Shown here piece by piece: positions 1-9,272 of a stretch of DNA of 64,000 nt. The DNA is from Tagaea sp. (GTDB lineage: Bacteria; Pseudomonadota; Alphaproteobacteria; CACIAM-22H2). The stretch lies in NCBI GenBank assembly GCA_965279525.1, contig CBDIIB010000005.1, positions 1,504,001 through 1,568,000 of the forward strand, given 5' to 3'. The notes beneath the pieces were generated by a model. It ran no database searches, was not told the origin of the DNA, and saw only the letters and a list, made by a program, of their open reading frames with translations. The translations under genes were made by a program, and so were the position numbers. Numbering within the stretch: the first letter of the stretch is position 1; every line of letters starts with the position of its first letter.

Positions 1-38
1 TCGAGCGCCTCTGCCGCGTTCTTGCGAATTTTCTTCAT
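1..38 (-). CDS. 5' end of a gene running off the window, possibly CoA-transferase subunit A
   Basis: ATG at 38 after GAGGGGGA RBS; reads MKKIRKNAAEAL, resembling ScoA/AtoD N-termini; only 12 codons visible. Confidence 0.35.
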   Translation of the reverse strand, partial: MKKIRKNAAEAL

Positions 39-117
39 TTCCCCCTCGATGTTCTTGGTTCGGCGGTGCTGAGTACAACAAGACCGGGAGCCGGAATCAA
101 GGCCCGCAATTCTTGTT

Positions 118-1089
118 TCACGGATCGACCGGTGTTGGTGCCGGCAGCGCCTTGCCCTTGGCCGCAAGCACGGCGCGCAGGCGGTCGGGATAGTCGCTGA
201 TCAGGCCATCGACGCCCAGGTCGACCAGCCTTGCCATGTCGGCTGGTTCGTTGACCGTCCACGGGATTACCGTCAGGCCAAGCCCCTTCGCTTCGGCATA
301 GGCCGCGTCGGTCAGATCGCGGAAAAAGGGCGACCAGATCGTCCCGCCCGCCGCCTTGACCAGCCGCGGCGCCGAATCGCCATGGGCGGCGGCGTCGAGA
401 CCGGTCCACGGGCTCACGCCGCGCCCCTTCCATACATTGTCGCCGTTGCCGCGCTCCAGCGTCAGGTAGGCGCGCGCGAGATCGGGGGCCATTCGTGCGG
501 CGACCGCCAGCGTGCGCCAGTCGAAGGATTGCAGCGTGGTGCGTGCGCGCATGGCGTTGCGGTCGATGGCCGCGATCGCGACGCGCGCGAATTCCTCGGG
601 CGGCAGCGTTTCGTCGGGAAAGAGCGGGGAGAGCTTCGTCTCGATATTGAAGCGCACGGCCGCATTGCCGGACCGGCGCACCAGATCGAAGACCGCGTCG
701 AGGGCCGGCATGCGCGTGCCCGGTACGGATTTCTGGCCGGCAAACGTACGCGCGTAGTCGCTGTCGGGACGGATCGTGCCCACGTCGTGGCGCTGCAGTT
801 CGACAAGCGTCAGGTCGCGCACGCGCGGGGCGGGGTGCGCGATCCAGTTTCCGTCGGGCGCTTTCGTGATCTCGGGATTGAGCCGGCGGTCGTGCGCCAC
901 GACGGCGATCCCGTCGCGCGTGACGCCAAGGTCGAACTCGAGCGTCGTGACGCCAAGGGACAGGGCGGCCGCGAAGGCGGGCAATGTGTTTTCGGGTGCG
1001 AGCCCACGCGCACCGCGATGGCCCTGCAGGTCGAACGCGACGGCCGGCACGGCCGCCAGCAGGACCGCAAGGGATGCGATAAGACGCAT
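118..1089 (-). CDS. Glycerophosphodiester phosphodiesterase (GDPD family), secreted
   Basis: Signal peptide then FDLQGHRGARGLAPENTL, LEFDL, NIETK, TLQSFDW, WTVN, DGLISDYP motifs; GGAAGG RBS before ATG 1089. Confidence 0.92.
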   Translation of the reverse strand: MRLIASLAVLLAAVPAVAFDLQGHRGARGLAPENTLPAFAAALSLGVTTLEFDLGVTRDGIAVVAHDRRLNPEITKAPDGNWIAHPAPRVRDLTLVELQRHDVGTIRPDSDYARTFAGQKSVPGTRMPALDAVFDLVRRSGNAAVRFNIETKLSPLFPDETLPPEEFARVAIAAIDRNAMRARTTLQSFDWRTLAVAARMAPDLARAYLTLERGNGDNVWKGRGVSPWTGLDAAAHGDSAPRLVKAAGGTIWSPFFRDLTDAAYAEAKGLGLTVIPWTVNEPADMARLVDLGVDGLISDYPDRLRAVLAAKGKALPAPTPVDP

Positions 1090-1155
1090 GGAATTTCCTT
1101 CCGACGTGAATCGGCGCATTATGGATGCCAATCGTTACAGACGGAGACGCCCGCA

Positions 1156-1662
1156 ATGAAGCCCGATCATTTCCGCGTGCTCGCGCGCTACAACCAGTGG
1201 GCCAACGAACGGCTCTACGCCGTCTGCGGCAAGCTGCACGACAACGAGCTTTTCATGCAGCGCCCGTCCTTCTTCGGGTCGATCCACGCCACGCTCAACC
1301 ATATCCTTGTCGGCGACCGCATCTGGATGGGCCGGCTGACCGGCCACCCGGCGACGGCCACGCGGCTCGACGAGATCCTCTACGGCGATTTCATCGGGCT
1401 CAACGTCGCGCGCGTCGCCGAGGACGCGCAGATCGTCACCTTCTGCGACGCACTCGACGAGCCGACGGTCAACACGACGCTGCGCTACAAGAACATGGCC
1501 GGCGAGACGCACGCCACGCCGATTCGCTGGGTGCTGACGCACATGTTCAACCACCAGACCCACCACCGCGGCCAGACGCACGGGCTGCTTTCCCAGACGG
1601 ACGTGCCGCCGCCGCCGCTCGACCTGATGCACTACCTGCGCGAAGCGCCGCCGGCGGCGTGA
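1156..1662 (+). CDS. DinB family protein
   Basis: ARYNQWAN, FFGSIHATLNHIL, HMFNHQTHHRGQ motifs; GGAG RBS. Confidence 0.9.
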   Translation: MKPDHFRVLARYNQWANERLYAVCGKLHDNELFMQRPSFFGSIHATLNHILVGDRIWMGRLTGHPATATRLDEILYGDFIGLNVARVAEDAQIVTFCDALDEPTVNTTLRYKNMAGETHATPIRWVLTHMFNHQTHHRGQTHGLLSQTDVPPPPLDLMHYLREAPPAA

Positions 1663-2557
1663 GCGCGGCGCGCAGTTCCGCGGTCTCCTCGAGCATCCAT
1701 TCGCGGAATGCCTTGACGGTCGGCCGCTCGACATCCTGGCTGCGGCACACGAGCCAGTACGACTTGCCCGCCGGCACCACCAGCGGCAGCGGCTGGACAA
1801 GCCGCCCCGACGCGATCTCGGCCGAGAACAGGAACGGCGCGCCAAGAGCGATGCCCATCCCTTCCATCGCCGCCTCGACGGCCACGCGCGTCGAATCGAA
1901 CACGGCCGCGCGCTTGCGCGGCTGGCGCACCGGGATGCCGGCGGCGGCGAGCCACACGCCCCATTCGTCGTAGAGGATGTGGTCGTCGAGAAGCGGATGG
2001 ACCAGCACGTCGGCTGCCTTGCGGATCTTCTTGGCGAGACCGGGGGCGCAGAGCGGCGTCAGCGTGTCGTCGAACAGCCGGTCGGCATGCAGGCCCGGAT
2101 ATTCGCCTGTCCCATAGCGGATCGCCGCGTCGACCGGCTCGCGGTCGAAATCGACGAGCCGGGCGGAGGTTTCGAGCCTGAGCTCGATCGCCGGATGGCG
2201 CGCGGCGAACCGGCCCAGCCGCGGCACGAGGAACGTCAGCGCGATCGTCGTCAGCAGGCTGAGCCGGATCGTGCCCTTGGCCTCGCGCTCGCGTGCGCGG
2301 TCGACCGCCATCGAGATGCGCACGAACGCGCCGTTGAGTTCCGGGGCAAGGGCGGCACCGGCCGAGGTGAGGGCAAGCGCACGCGTCAGGCGACGGAACA
2401 GCTTGGTGCCGAGCGCTTCCTCCAGCCCCTTCACCTGATGGCTGACGGCGGCCTGCGTGACGCCGAGTTCCTCGGCTGCCTTGGTCAGCGACAGGTGGCG
2501 GGCCGCCGCCTCGAAGGCGCGCAGGCCGTTGAGCGGCGGCAGGCGGGTCGTCGCCAT
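1547..2557 (-). CDS. LysR family regulator, GcvA-like
   Basis: RLPPLNGLRAFEAAARHLSLTKAAEELGVTQAAVSHQVK HTH; DAAIRYG; low-complexity C-terminal extension overlaps the DinB gene. Confidence 0.92.
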   Translation of the reverse strand: MATTRLPPLNGLRAFEAAARHLSLTKAAEELGVTQAAVSHQVKGLEEALGTKLFRRLTRALALTSAGAALAPELNGAFVRISMAVDRAREREAKGTIRLSLLTTIALTFLVPRLGRFAARHPAIELRLETSARLVDFDREPVDAAIRYGTGEYPGLHADRLFDDTLTPLCAPGLAKKIRKAADVLVHPLLDDHILYDEWGVWLAAAGIPVRQPRKRAAVFDSTRVAVEAAMEGMGIALGAPFLFSAEIASGRLVQPLPLVVPAGKSYWLVCRSQDVERPTVKAFREWMLEETAELRAALTPPAALRAGSASGRAAAAARPSGKAARASGRGGGSGG

Positions 2558-2560
2558 GGC

Positions 2561-2573
2561 TTAGGTTTCCTTA
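2561..2573. promoter_or_regulatory. Candidate LysR T-N11-A box between divergent lysR and DUF1127 genes
   Basis: TTAGGTTTCCTTA imperfect dyad 3 nt upstream of the lysR ATG. Confidence 0.5.
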
Positions 2574-2665
2574 TGCATCGCCCGAGATAAGGTCGTTTGT
2601 ATGGGCCCTATTTTACCGGCAAATTCGCGTCAGTTCCAAGGTTCGCACATGAAGAGGATTTGGTC

Positions 2666-2896
2666 ATGATCTGTCAGACGGTAAACGGGGATGTCGATTT
2701 CCGGACGGCCTGGCGCGAGGCGTTCGCCGCCATCGGGACGGCAATGGGGGCCAGCCTGCTGGCCGTCGTCGTGTGGCAGGAGCGTGCGCGCGACCGCACG
2801 CGGCTCGAAGGGCTCGACGATGCCGCCCTCAAGGACATGGGCATCAGCCGCGCCGACGTGTCGCGCGAGATCGAAAAGCCGGTCTGGCGCGCGTGA
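2666..2896 (+). CDS. DUF1127 (YjiS-like) small protein
   Basis: WQERARDRTRLEGLDDAALKDMGISRADV...KPVWR signature; GAGG RBS. Confidence 0.88.
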   Translation: MICQTVNGDVDFRTAWREAFAAIGTAMGASLLAVVVWQERARDRTRLEGLDDAALKDMGISRADVSREIEKPVWRA

Positions 2897-3285
2897 GTGC
2901 TGCCCCGCTCCAGGGCGGGTGTCTGTGCAAGGCCGTGCGCTATTCGGCGCGCGGCCCGACGACACGCGTCAACCACTGCCATTGCGACATGTGCCGGCGT
3001 GCCAGCGGCGCCATTGCCGCGACTTGGGCGACCGTGCCGCTGGCGGGCTTCGTGCTGACCGGCAAGCCCGCCGAATATCGCGCGTCCGGCTTCGCGACCC
3101 GCTCGTTCTGTGCGGCCTGCGGCTCGACGTTGTTCTGGCAGCGCGACGGCGATGCGACGATCGACCTTTCCGTCGGCACGCTCGACGATGCAGGCGGTCT
3201 TGCCGCCACGCGCCATGATTTCGTCGAGGGGCGCCTTGCGGGCTTCAGCCTCGACCCGCATCTGCCGGAATTTCCCGGTACCTAG
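2893..3285 (+). CDS. GFA family (CENP-V-like) zinc protein
   Basis: GGCLC, HCHCDMCRR, RSFCAACGS motifs; GTGA overlap with upstream stop. Confidence 0.9.
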   Translation: MSAAPLQGGCLCKAVRYSARGPTTRVNHCHCDMCRRASGAIAATWATVPLAGFVLTGKPAEYRASGFATRSFCAACGSTLFWQRDGDATIDLSVGTLDDAGGLAATRHDFVEGRLAGFSLDPHLPEFPGT

Positions 3286-4385
3286 CCCTTCAGGGCTTCT
3301 TCCATCGCCGACCAGAGCGCTTCGAGCGGCTCGCAGCCGACCGACAGGCGCACATAGCCCGGGGCGACCGCATCGCCCCAGCGCGCGCGGCGCTCGGCAC
3401 TGGTGTGCACGCTGCCGAAGCTGGTGCTTGGCCGGATGAAGCGACAGGAGATGAATTTTTCCGCCAGCGCCTCGCTTGCGAACGTCACGCCGACGAGGCT
3501 GCCGAACTTCGCCATCTGCTTTCGCGCGATGGCGTGCGAGGGATCGTTGCCGAGCCCCGGATGGCGCACTGACACCGTGCCTTCGTGCACCGCGAGGCGC
3601 CGCGCGATCTCGACGGCGGAGTCGCACATGCGTGAAAACCGCAGCTCCAGCGTCTCCAGCCCGCGATGGACGAGCCACGCCTCGAACGGGCCGGGGATGG
3701 CGCCGCCGAGCTTGCGCCAGTCGCGTACCGCATCGAGCAACGCCTTGTCGCGCGACGCGACATGGCCAAACAGCACGTCGGCATGCCCGCCGGGCGCCTT
3801 GGTGTCGGCGGCCACGACGAAATCGGCGCCCAGATCGAGCGGGCGCTGGCCCAGCGGCGTCATCGTCGTGTTGTCGACGACGACCTTGGCACCCTCGGCG
3901 TGTGCTGCCGCCGCGACGGCGGCGATGTCGCACACGTCGAGACCCGGGTTGGACGGGCTTTCGATCCACACCAGCCGGTAGCCGGCAAAGCCGCCCGCCA
4001 TGAATTCGGCGGTCGCGCGCAGGTCGAACGACACGCCGAGTGGTGCGAGGAATTTTTCGGCGAGGGCGCGCGTCGTGTAGTAGCCGTCCGACGGCAGCAG
4101 CACGCGGTCACCGGCACGAAGCTGCGAATAGAGCACGGCGGCGATGGCCGCCATGCCCGACGGGAACGCGACGACCGGGGCGTCTTCGAGGATCGCAAGC
4201 GCATGCTCGACGGCATCCCAGCTCGGATTGTGGAAGCGCCCGTACTGGAAGGGTGCGTCCGCCGGCATGCCGGGCAGATGATAGGAACTCGCCATCACGA
4301 TGGGCGGGGCCACCGGCTCGCCGGGGGCGAGGTCGGCGCGTGCGTGCAGCAGGCGGGCGATGCGCTCGTCGTTGGCAGCACTCAT
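3282..4385 (-). CDS. Cystathionine gamma-lyase-like PLP enzyme (Cys/Met metabolism family)
   Basis: YGRFHNP, FPSGMAA, ESPSNP, VVDNT, ADTKAPGGH (PLP Lys), SFGSVHT, VRLSVGCE. Confidence 0.88.
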   Translation of the reverse strand: MSAANDERIARLLHARADLAPGEPVAPPIVMASSYHLPGMPADAPFQYGRFHNPSWDAVEHALAILEDAPVVAFPSGMAAIAAVLYSQLRAGDRVLLPSDGYYTTRALAEKFLAPLGVSFDLRATAEFMAGGFAGYRLVWIESPSNPGLDVCDIAAVAAAAHAEGAKVVVDNTTMTPLGQRPLDLGADFVVAADTKAPGGHADVLFGHVASRDKALLDAVRDWRKLGGAIPGPFEAWLVHRGLETLELRFSRMCDSAVEIARRLAVHEGTVSVRHPGLGNDPSHAIARKQMAKFGSLVGVTFASEALAEKFISCRFIRPSTSFGSVHTSAERRARWGDAVAPGYVRLSVGCEPLEALWSAMEEALKG

Positions 4386-4389
4386 CGCA

Positions 4390-5391
4390 TCACCAGTTGG
4401 GTGCCGGGCGGATGTCGCCCACGGTGCGGCCGGCCGCGTTGGTGATCTTCGGGTTGAGGAGGGCGTCGATCTCGGCGCGCGGCGTTTCGGCGAAGCCGCC
4501 GTACTTTTCGAGGAAATGCGCCATCGCCACTTCGGCCCCGCGTCCGTTGCCGTCCTCGATCTTCAGCGCGATGCCGATCTTCCGGGCCGGCACGGCCGCC
4601 ATGTACACGCCTTCGGCGCCGGTCTTCAGCACCGCATGGCCGCGCGCGGCAATGAGCGCGCGCGTGCAGAAGCGCCCCGTGCCGGCAAGCATGAACGGGT
4701 TCTCGCGGATCGCGGCGGACATGCGGTTGCACGCGGCCGCGCGCTCGGCAGGTAGCCCGTCGGGTGTGCCGACGCGCGCAATGCCCAATGCGAGATTGCG
4801 CACGGGGATCGCCACCTGCGGCAGCGAGCAGCCGTCGAGCCCCGTGGCGGCATCGGCGAGCGACAGGCCGAGCATCGCTTCGTATGTGGCAACGATGCGC
4901 TTTTGCAGCGGATGGGCCGGATCGATATAGCCCTTCAGCGGCCAGCCCATGTGCTTGCACACCGCCAGCATGCCGGTGTGCTTGCCCGAGCAGTTGTTGT
5001 GCGACGCGTCGGGCTCCTCGAAGGCGCGGATCAGCAGGTTGGCGCTGGGCGCGTGGGTGGGCAGGTGCGCGCCGCATTCGAGGTCGCCCACATCCAGTCC
5101 CATGCGGTTGAGCCATGCCACGACCGTGCGCGTGTGCATGGGTTCGCCGCCGTGGCTGGCCGACGAAATCGCGATCTCGGTGGTCGAGCAGCCGAACGCG
5201 TCGGCCGCACCCGTCTCGATCAGGCCCAGCGACTGGATCGGCTTGATCGCCGAGCGCGGGAAGACCGGCCTTGCGATGTCGCCGTGCGATTCGATCAGGG
5301 TGCCGTCGGCGGAAACGACGGCGATTGCGGCGCGGTGGCGGCTTTCGACCAGGCTGCCGCGGGTGACTTCGACGATCAGGGGTTCGCTCAT
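4390..5391 (-). CDS. L-asparaginase, Rhizobium AnsA/class 3 type
   Basis: RGSLVESRH, FPRSAIKP, SHGGE, NNCSGKH, DGCS, KTGAEGV motifs. Confidence 0.9.
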   Translation of the reverse strand: MSEPLIVEVTRGSLVESRHRAAIAVVSADGTLIESHGDIARPVFPRSAIKPIQSLGLIETGAADAFGCSTTEIAISSASHGGEPMHTRTVVAWLNRMGLDVGDLECGAHLPTHAPSANLLIRAFEEPDASHNNCSGKHTGMLAVCKHMGWPLKGYIDPAHPLQKRIVATYEAMLGLSLADAATGLDGCSLPQVAIPVRNLALGIARVGTPDGLPAERAAACNRMSAAIRENPFMLAGTGRFCTRALIAARGHAVLKTGAEGVYMAAVPARKIGIALKIEDGNGRGAEVAMAHFLEKYGGFAETPRAEIDALLNPKITNAAGRTVGDIRPAPNW

Positions 5392-5441
5392 GATTCCAGA
5401 AACTTGCCTCTTGCGCGCGGCCAAGGCAAGGTCCCGCCATC

Positions 5442-5975
5442 ATGCGCGGCTATTTCGGCATCGGGGCGGAGGGCATTTCCAAGCCCATGAATCTGGGGGC
5501 GCTGGCGCGCACGGCGCACGCCTTCGGCGCGTCGTTCGCCTTCACGCTCGCCGCCGCGTTCGACCGGACGGAGGCCAACCGCGCCGACACGTCCGACGCG
5601 TCGGACAGCATGCCGATCTACGACTGGGCCACGCTCGACGACATGCGCCTGCCGGTGGGCTGCGTGCTGGTCGGCATCGAGCTCACGCCCGACGCAGTCG
5701 AGCTGCCGAGCTTCCGCCATCCGCGTTCGGCGGCCTACATCCTCGGCCCCGAACGTGGTTCGCTGTCGCCCGAGACGACCGCGCGCTGCCGGCACGTGGT
5801 CAAGATCCCGACGAAGTTCTGCATCAACGTGTCGCTGGCGGGGGCGCTGGTCATGTACGACCGCGTGCTGTCGATGGGCCAGCACGAGGCGCGCCCCATC
5901 CTGCCCGGCGGGCCGACGGTGTCGACGCGCCGCAAGCACGTGTCCGGCGGTCCGGTATTGCGGAAGAAGACCTAA
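5442..5975 (+). CDS. TrmH/SpoU family RNA methyltransferase
   Basis: NLGALARTAHAFG, ILGPERGSL, CINVSLAGALVMYDR. Confidence 0.88.
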   Translation: MRGYFGIGAEGISKPMNLGALARTAHAFGASFAFTLAAAFDRTEANRADTSDASDSMPIYDWATLDDMRLPVGCVLVGIELTPDAVELPSFRHPRSAAYILGPERGSLSPETTARCRHVVKIPTKFCINVSLAGALVMYDRVLSMGQHEARPILPGGPTVSTRRKHVSGGPVLRKKT

Positions 5976-6631
5976 CCGCGCAGGCGCAGCAGCGGGTTGA
6001 GCAGGCGGCCCCAGCCGCCGGTCAGCTTGATGGGCCCCGTCGTGACCGCAAGGCACAGGCAGTCCTTCGCGCGGTCGGCGGTGGGTGCGTGCTTGACCGT
6101 CTCGTCGGCCGCGCACACGTCGCCGCGCACATAATGGCCGCGGCCGTCTTCGAAGCTGCCGTCGAGCACCAGAAGCAGTTCGTCGCCGTAATGCGTGTGC
6201 GCCGGGATCGCGCGCCCGCCGGCGATGCGCAGCAGGCTCATCCGGTGGGTGGCGGCAGCCGCGGTGGGCAGCGTCACTTCCTCCACACCCTTGACGATCC
6301 GCGACCAGGCGAGCTTTTCCAGATCGCCGCCCGTGTAGGGCAGGATCGAATCGGGCAGCAACGGATGCGGCGTGCGCGGTGCGACGCTCGCCGGCGCCGG
6401 CGCTGGCCGGTCGAGGCGCGCGAGCATGCGCTCCAGCGCGTCGGGGGCGAGGGCCGCCGGCTCCAGCCGGTCGAGCAACGCACCGCCCACGGCGTCGAGC
6501 CGGGCCACGGTGGCGCGGGCTTCCGGGCACAGCGAAAGGTGTGCTTCGAGCAGCACGCCGACCGGTTCGGGCGCCGAGCCGGAAGCGTAGTCGACGAGCC
6601 ATTCGTCGGAGAGGGGGCGGGGCTGTGTCAT
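5972..6631 (-). CDS. chrR: ChrR family anti-sigma factor
   Basis: LVDYASG...HLSLC anti-sigma domain; cupin PAHTHYGDE..LVLDGSF.D, H.P...C.CL; coupled to sigma gene. Confidence 0.9.
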   Translation of the reverse strand: MTQPRPLSDEWLVDYASGSAPEPVGVLLEAHLSLCPEARATVARLDAVGGALLDRLEPAALAPDALERMLARLDRPAPAPASVAPRTPHPLLPDSILPYTGGDLEKLAWSRIVKGVEEVTLPTAAAATHRMSLLRIAGGRAIPAHTHYGDELLLVLDGSFEDGRGHYVRGDVCAADETVKHAPTADRAKDCLCLAVTTGPIKLTGGWGRLLNPLLRLRG

Positions 6632-7197
6632 CGGTCCGTCTCGAACATAGTGCGCAGGCGTGCGACGGCAAGCCGCAGGCGCGATTTCACGGTGCCCAGC
6701 GGCACGCGCAGGCTCTGCGCGATGTCGCCGTGCGAGCGGTCTTCATAATAGGCAAGGCGCAGCATCTGCGCCTGCTCGGCCGGCAGTTCGTCGAGTGCTG
6801 CGGCGAGCCGCTTTTCCCAGCGCCCGGCATCGAGCGTGCGGTCGGGCATCGCCTCGGGCTCGGGCATCAGGCCCGGATCGTCGACATCGAGGCGCGTGCG
6901 CTTGTCGCGACGGAGCGCGTCGATGCGCCGGTTGCGCGCGATGGTGAAGATCCATGTCGCGGGGCTGGCGAGCTTCGCCTCGTAGGCCGGCGCCTTGCGC
7001 CACACCGTCAGCATCACTTCCTGCGTCAGGTCCTCGGCCTGGCCCCTGTCGGCCCCCAGCCGCAGCAGATAGGCCTTCACGCGCGGGCCGAAATGGTCGA
7101 ACAGGCGCGCGAACGCCGCGCGGTCCTGGAAGCGCGCGACCGCCGCGATGTCGCGGATCTGGGCGTCGAGTGCGGAAAGGTCGGATTGGGAACGCAT
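6628..7197 (-). CDS. rpoE: ECF sigma factor RpoE (ECF11 type)
   Basis: AEDLTQEVMLTVWRKA, TWIFTIARNRRIDALRR, VPLGTVKSRLRLA; adjacent chrR; alternative start at 7344. Confidence 0.9.
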   Translation of the reverse strand: MRSQSDLSALDAQIRDIAAVARFQDRAAFARLFDHFGPRVKAYLLRLGADRGQAEDLTQEVMLTVWRKAPAYEAKLASPATWIFTIARNRRIDALRRDKRTRLDVDDPGLMPEPEAMPDRTLDAGRWEKRLAAALDELPAEQAQMLRLAYYEDRSHGDIAQSLRVPLGTVKSRLRLAVARLRTMFETDR

Positions 7198-7354
7198 CGC
7201 GCCCTGTATAGAGGCCGGTGGCCGGATCGCAAACTGCCGGGGTGCCAGCAGCCGGCACGCCAGCAGGCCCGCAGGAAGGCTTGCGGCCTTGCCTGTCGGG
7301 CCGGGGGTCCGGCGGGGCGGCGGTCGGCGGTTGACGTCAATCATCCTCAATGCG

Positions 7355-7381
7355 ATACGCAAGGTCATCCAGCCCGGATCA
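7355..7381 (-). promoter_or_regulatory. RpoE-dependent autoregulatory promoter
   Basis: Minus strand TGATCC-N16-CGTAT, matching the R. sphaeroides RpoE consensus. Confidence 0.8.
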
Positions 7382-7390
7382 CGGATCGCC

Positions 7391-7990
7391 ATGAAACCTC
7401 GATTTCACATCGTCGTTGCCGCTTCGTTCCTAGTCGTTGCGGGTAGCGTGCAGGCCCAGCAGCGCCCGGCTGCCCCGGCTCCTGCCGCGCCTGCGCAGCC
7501 GGCCCCGGGTGCGGGCCTGCCGCGCCAGCTCGGCGCGCATGACGGCTGGATCGCGGTCGAGGCCGGAACCGGCCCGACGCGCGTGTGCTATCTCGTCGGC
7601 CGGCCGGCCAAGTCGGAAAGCAAGCCTGCCAACGCGCGCCGCGGCGAGATCTCGCTGACCATCGCGCACTATCCGGGCGCCAACCGCACCAACGAGGTGA
7701 CGTGGGTCGCCGGCTATGCGCTGCGCGACAACGGTCCGATGGAGATCGAGGTCGGCCGGGTCAAGGTGCCGCTGTCGAACCTGAACCAGCCCAACTCGGA
7801 GAAGGCGTGGACGCGCGACGAGGTCGGCAACCGCCAGGCGATCGACGCGATGCGCCAGGCGGCGGCCAACGCCAGCGCGCTGGTGCGCGGCATATCCGGG
7901 CGCGGCACCGAGACGGTCGACCATTTCGCGCTTGCCGGCTTTGCGCGCGGCCTTGCCGACATCGACAAGGCCTGCGCCGTCCGGCGGTAA
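7391..7990 (+). CDS. Invasion-associated locus B (IalB)-like periplasmic protein
   Basis: Signal peptide, Pro/Ala linker, W...CY, RRGE, IDAMR, G.S.RGTET.D.F.LAGF...C; upstream of rlmN as common in alphaproteobacteria. Confidence 0.7.
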   Translation: MKPRFHIVVAASFLVVAGSVQAQQRPAAPAPAAPAQPAPGAGLPRQLGAHDGWIAVEAGTGPTRVCYLVGRPAKSESKPANARRGEISLTIAHYPGANRTNEVTWVAGYALRDNGPMEIEVGRVKVPLSNLNQPNSEKAWTRDEVGNRQAIDAMRQAAANASALVRGISGRGTETVDHFALAGFARGLADIDKACAVRR

Positions 7991-8011
7991 GAAAGCGGGC
8001 GCCGTCCGCCG

Positions 8012-8040
8012 GTGACAGGCCGGGTCCAAGCGCCTATATA
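8012..8040 (+). promoter_or_regulatory. Sigma70-type promoter for probably leaderless rlmN
   Basis: GTGACA-N17-TATATA, 6 nt before ATG, no SD. Confidence 0.55.
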
Positions 8041-8046
8041 GGCGCC

Positions 8047-9210
8047 ATGCTCGAACCGGTCGTCCCCAAACCCCAGCTTGCCGAATTCAAGGAGGCGCTG
8101 CCCGCCCCGCAGAGCCCGGACGGCCGCGCCAACCTCGTCGGCCTGTCGCGCGAGGAGCTGACGGCGCTGTTCGCCGAGATGGGCGAGCCGGCGTTCCGCG
8201 CGCGCCAGCTCTGGGGCTGGATCTATTGCAAGGGGGCCAGGGATTTCTCCGACATGACCGACATGTCGAAGAAGCTGCGCGCCAAGCTCGAGACGAAATA
8301 CGCCATGCGCCGGCCCGAGGTGGCGCGCCTGCAGGATTCGATCGACGGCACCAAGAAGTGGCTGCTGCGCTATCCCGACGGGCAGGAAATCGAGACCGTC
8401 CACATCCCCGAGGAAGACCGGGGCACGCTGTGCGTGTCGAGCCAGGTCGGCTGCACATTGACGTGCAAGTTCTGCCACACCGGCACCCAGCGCCTGGTGC
8501 GCGACCTGACGGTCGAGGAGATCGTCGGCCAGGTGATGCTCGCCAAGGACACGTTCGACGAATGGCCGGCACCTGAGTCCAGCCGCAAGCTCACCAACAT
8601 CGTGATGATGGGCATGGGCGAGCCGCTGTTCAACTACGAGAACGTCGCCAAGGCGCTGAAGATCATCATGGACCCCGACGGCATCGCGGTATCGCGGCGC
8701 AAGATCACGCTGTCGACGTCGGGCGTGGCGCCGATGATCAAGCGCTGCGGCGAGGAGCTGCGCGTGATGCTGGCGATCTCGCTGCATGCCGTGACCGACG
8801 AGCTTCGCGACGTGCTCGTGCCGCTCAACAAGAAATATCCGATCGCCGAGCTGCTCGACGCGTGCCGTTCCTATCCCACGCTGTCGAACGCGCGGCGCAT
8901 CACGTTCGAGTACGTGATGCTGAAGGGCGTCAACGACAGCCCGGCCGACGCGCGGGCACTGGTGAAGCTCATCGCCGGCATCCCGGCCAAGATCAACCTG
9001 ATCCCGTTCAACGCGTGGCCCGGTGCCCCGTTCGAATGCTCGTCCGACGAGGCGATCGCGAAATTCGCCCAGATCGTCAACGATGCGGGCTATCCCAGCC
9101 CGGTGCGCAAGCCGCGCGGCAGCGACATCTTCGCGGCCTGCGGCCAGCTCAAAAGTGCGAGCGAGCGCGTGCGCAGGAGCGTCGCGGCGGCGTCGGTCGA
9201 TCCTGCATGA
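8047..9210 (+). CDS. rlmN: Dual-specificity rRNA/tRNA m2A methyltransferase RlmN
   Basis: [16 protein letters not shown] radical SAM motif, MGMGEP, FEYVML, AACGQL. Confidence 0.97.
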   Translation: MLEPVVPKPQLAEFKEALPAPQSPDGRANLVGLSREELTALFAEMGEPAFRARQLWGWIYCKGARDFSDMTDMSKKLRAKLETKYAMRRPEVARLQDSIDGTKKWLLRYPDGQEIETVHIPEEDRGTLCVSSQVGCTLTCKFCHTGTQRLVRDLTVEEIVGQVMLAKDTFDEWPAPESSRKLTNIVMMGMGEPLFNYENVAKALKIIMDPDGIAVSRRKITLSTSGVAPMIKRCGEELRVMLAISLHAVTDELRDVLVPLNKKYPIAELLDACRSYPTLSNARRITFEYVMLKGVNDSPADARALVKLIAGIPAKINLIPFNAWPGAPFECSSDEAIAKFAQIVNDAGYPSPVRKPRGSDIFAACGQLKSASERVRRSVAAASVDPA

Positions 9211-9272
9211 TCGACGATGTTTGGGGACTGCTGGATTTGTAGGATTCCGGTATCTGTGTGTATCCATCATGG

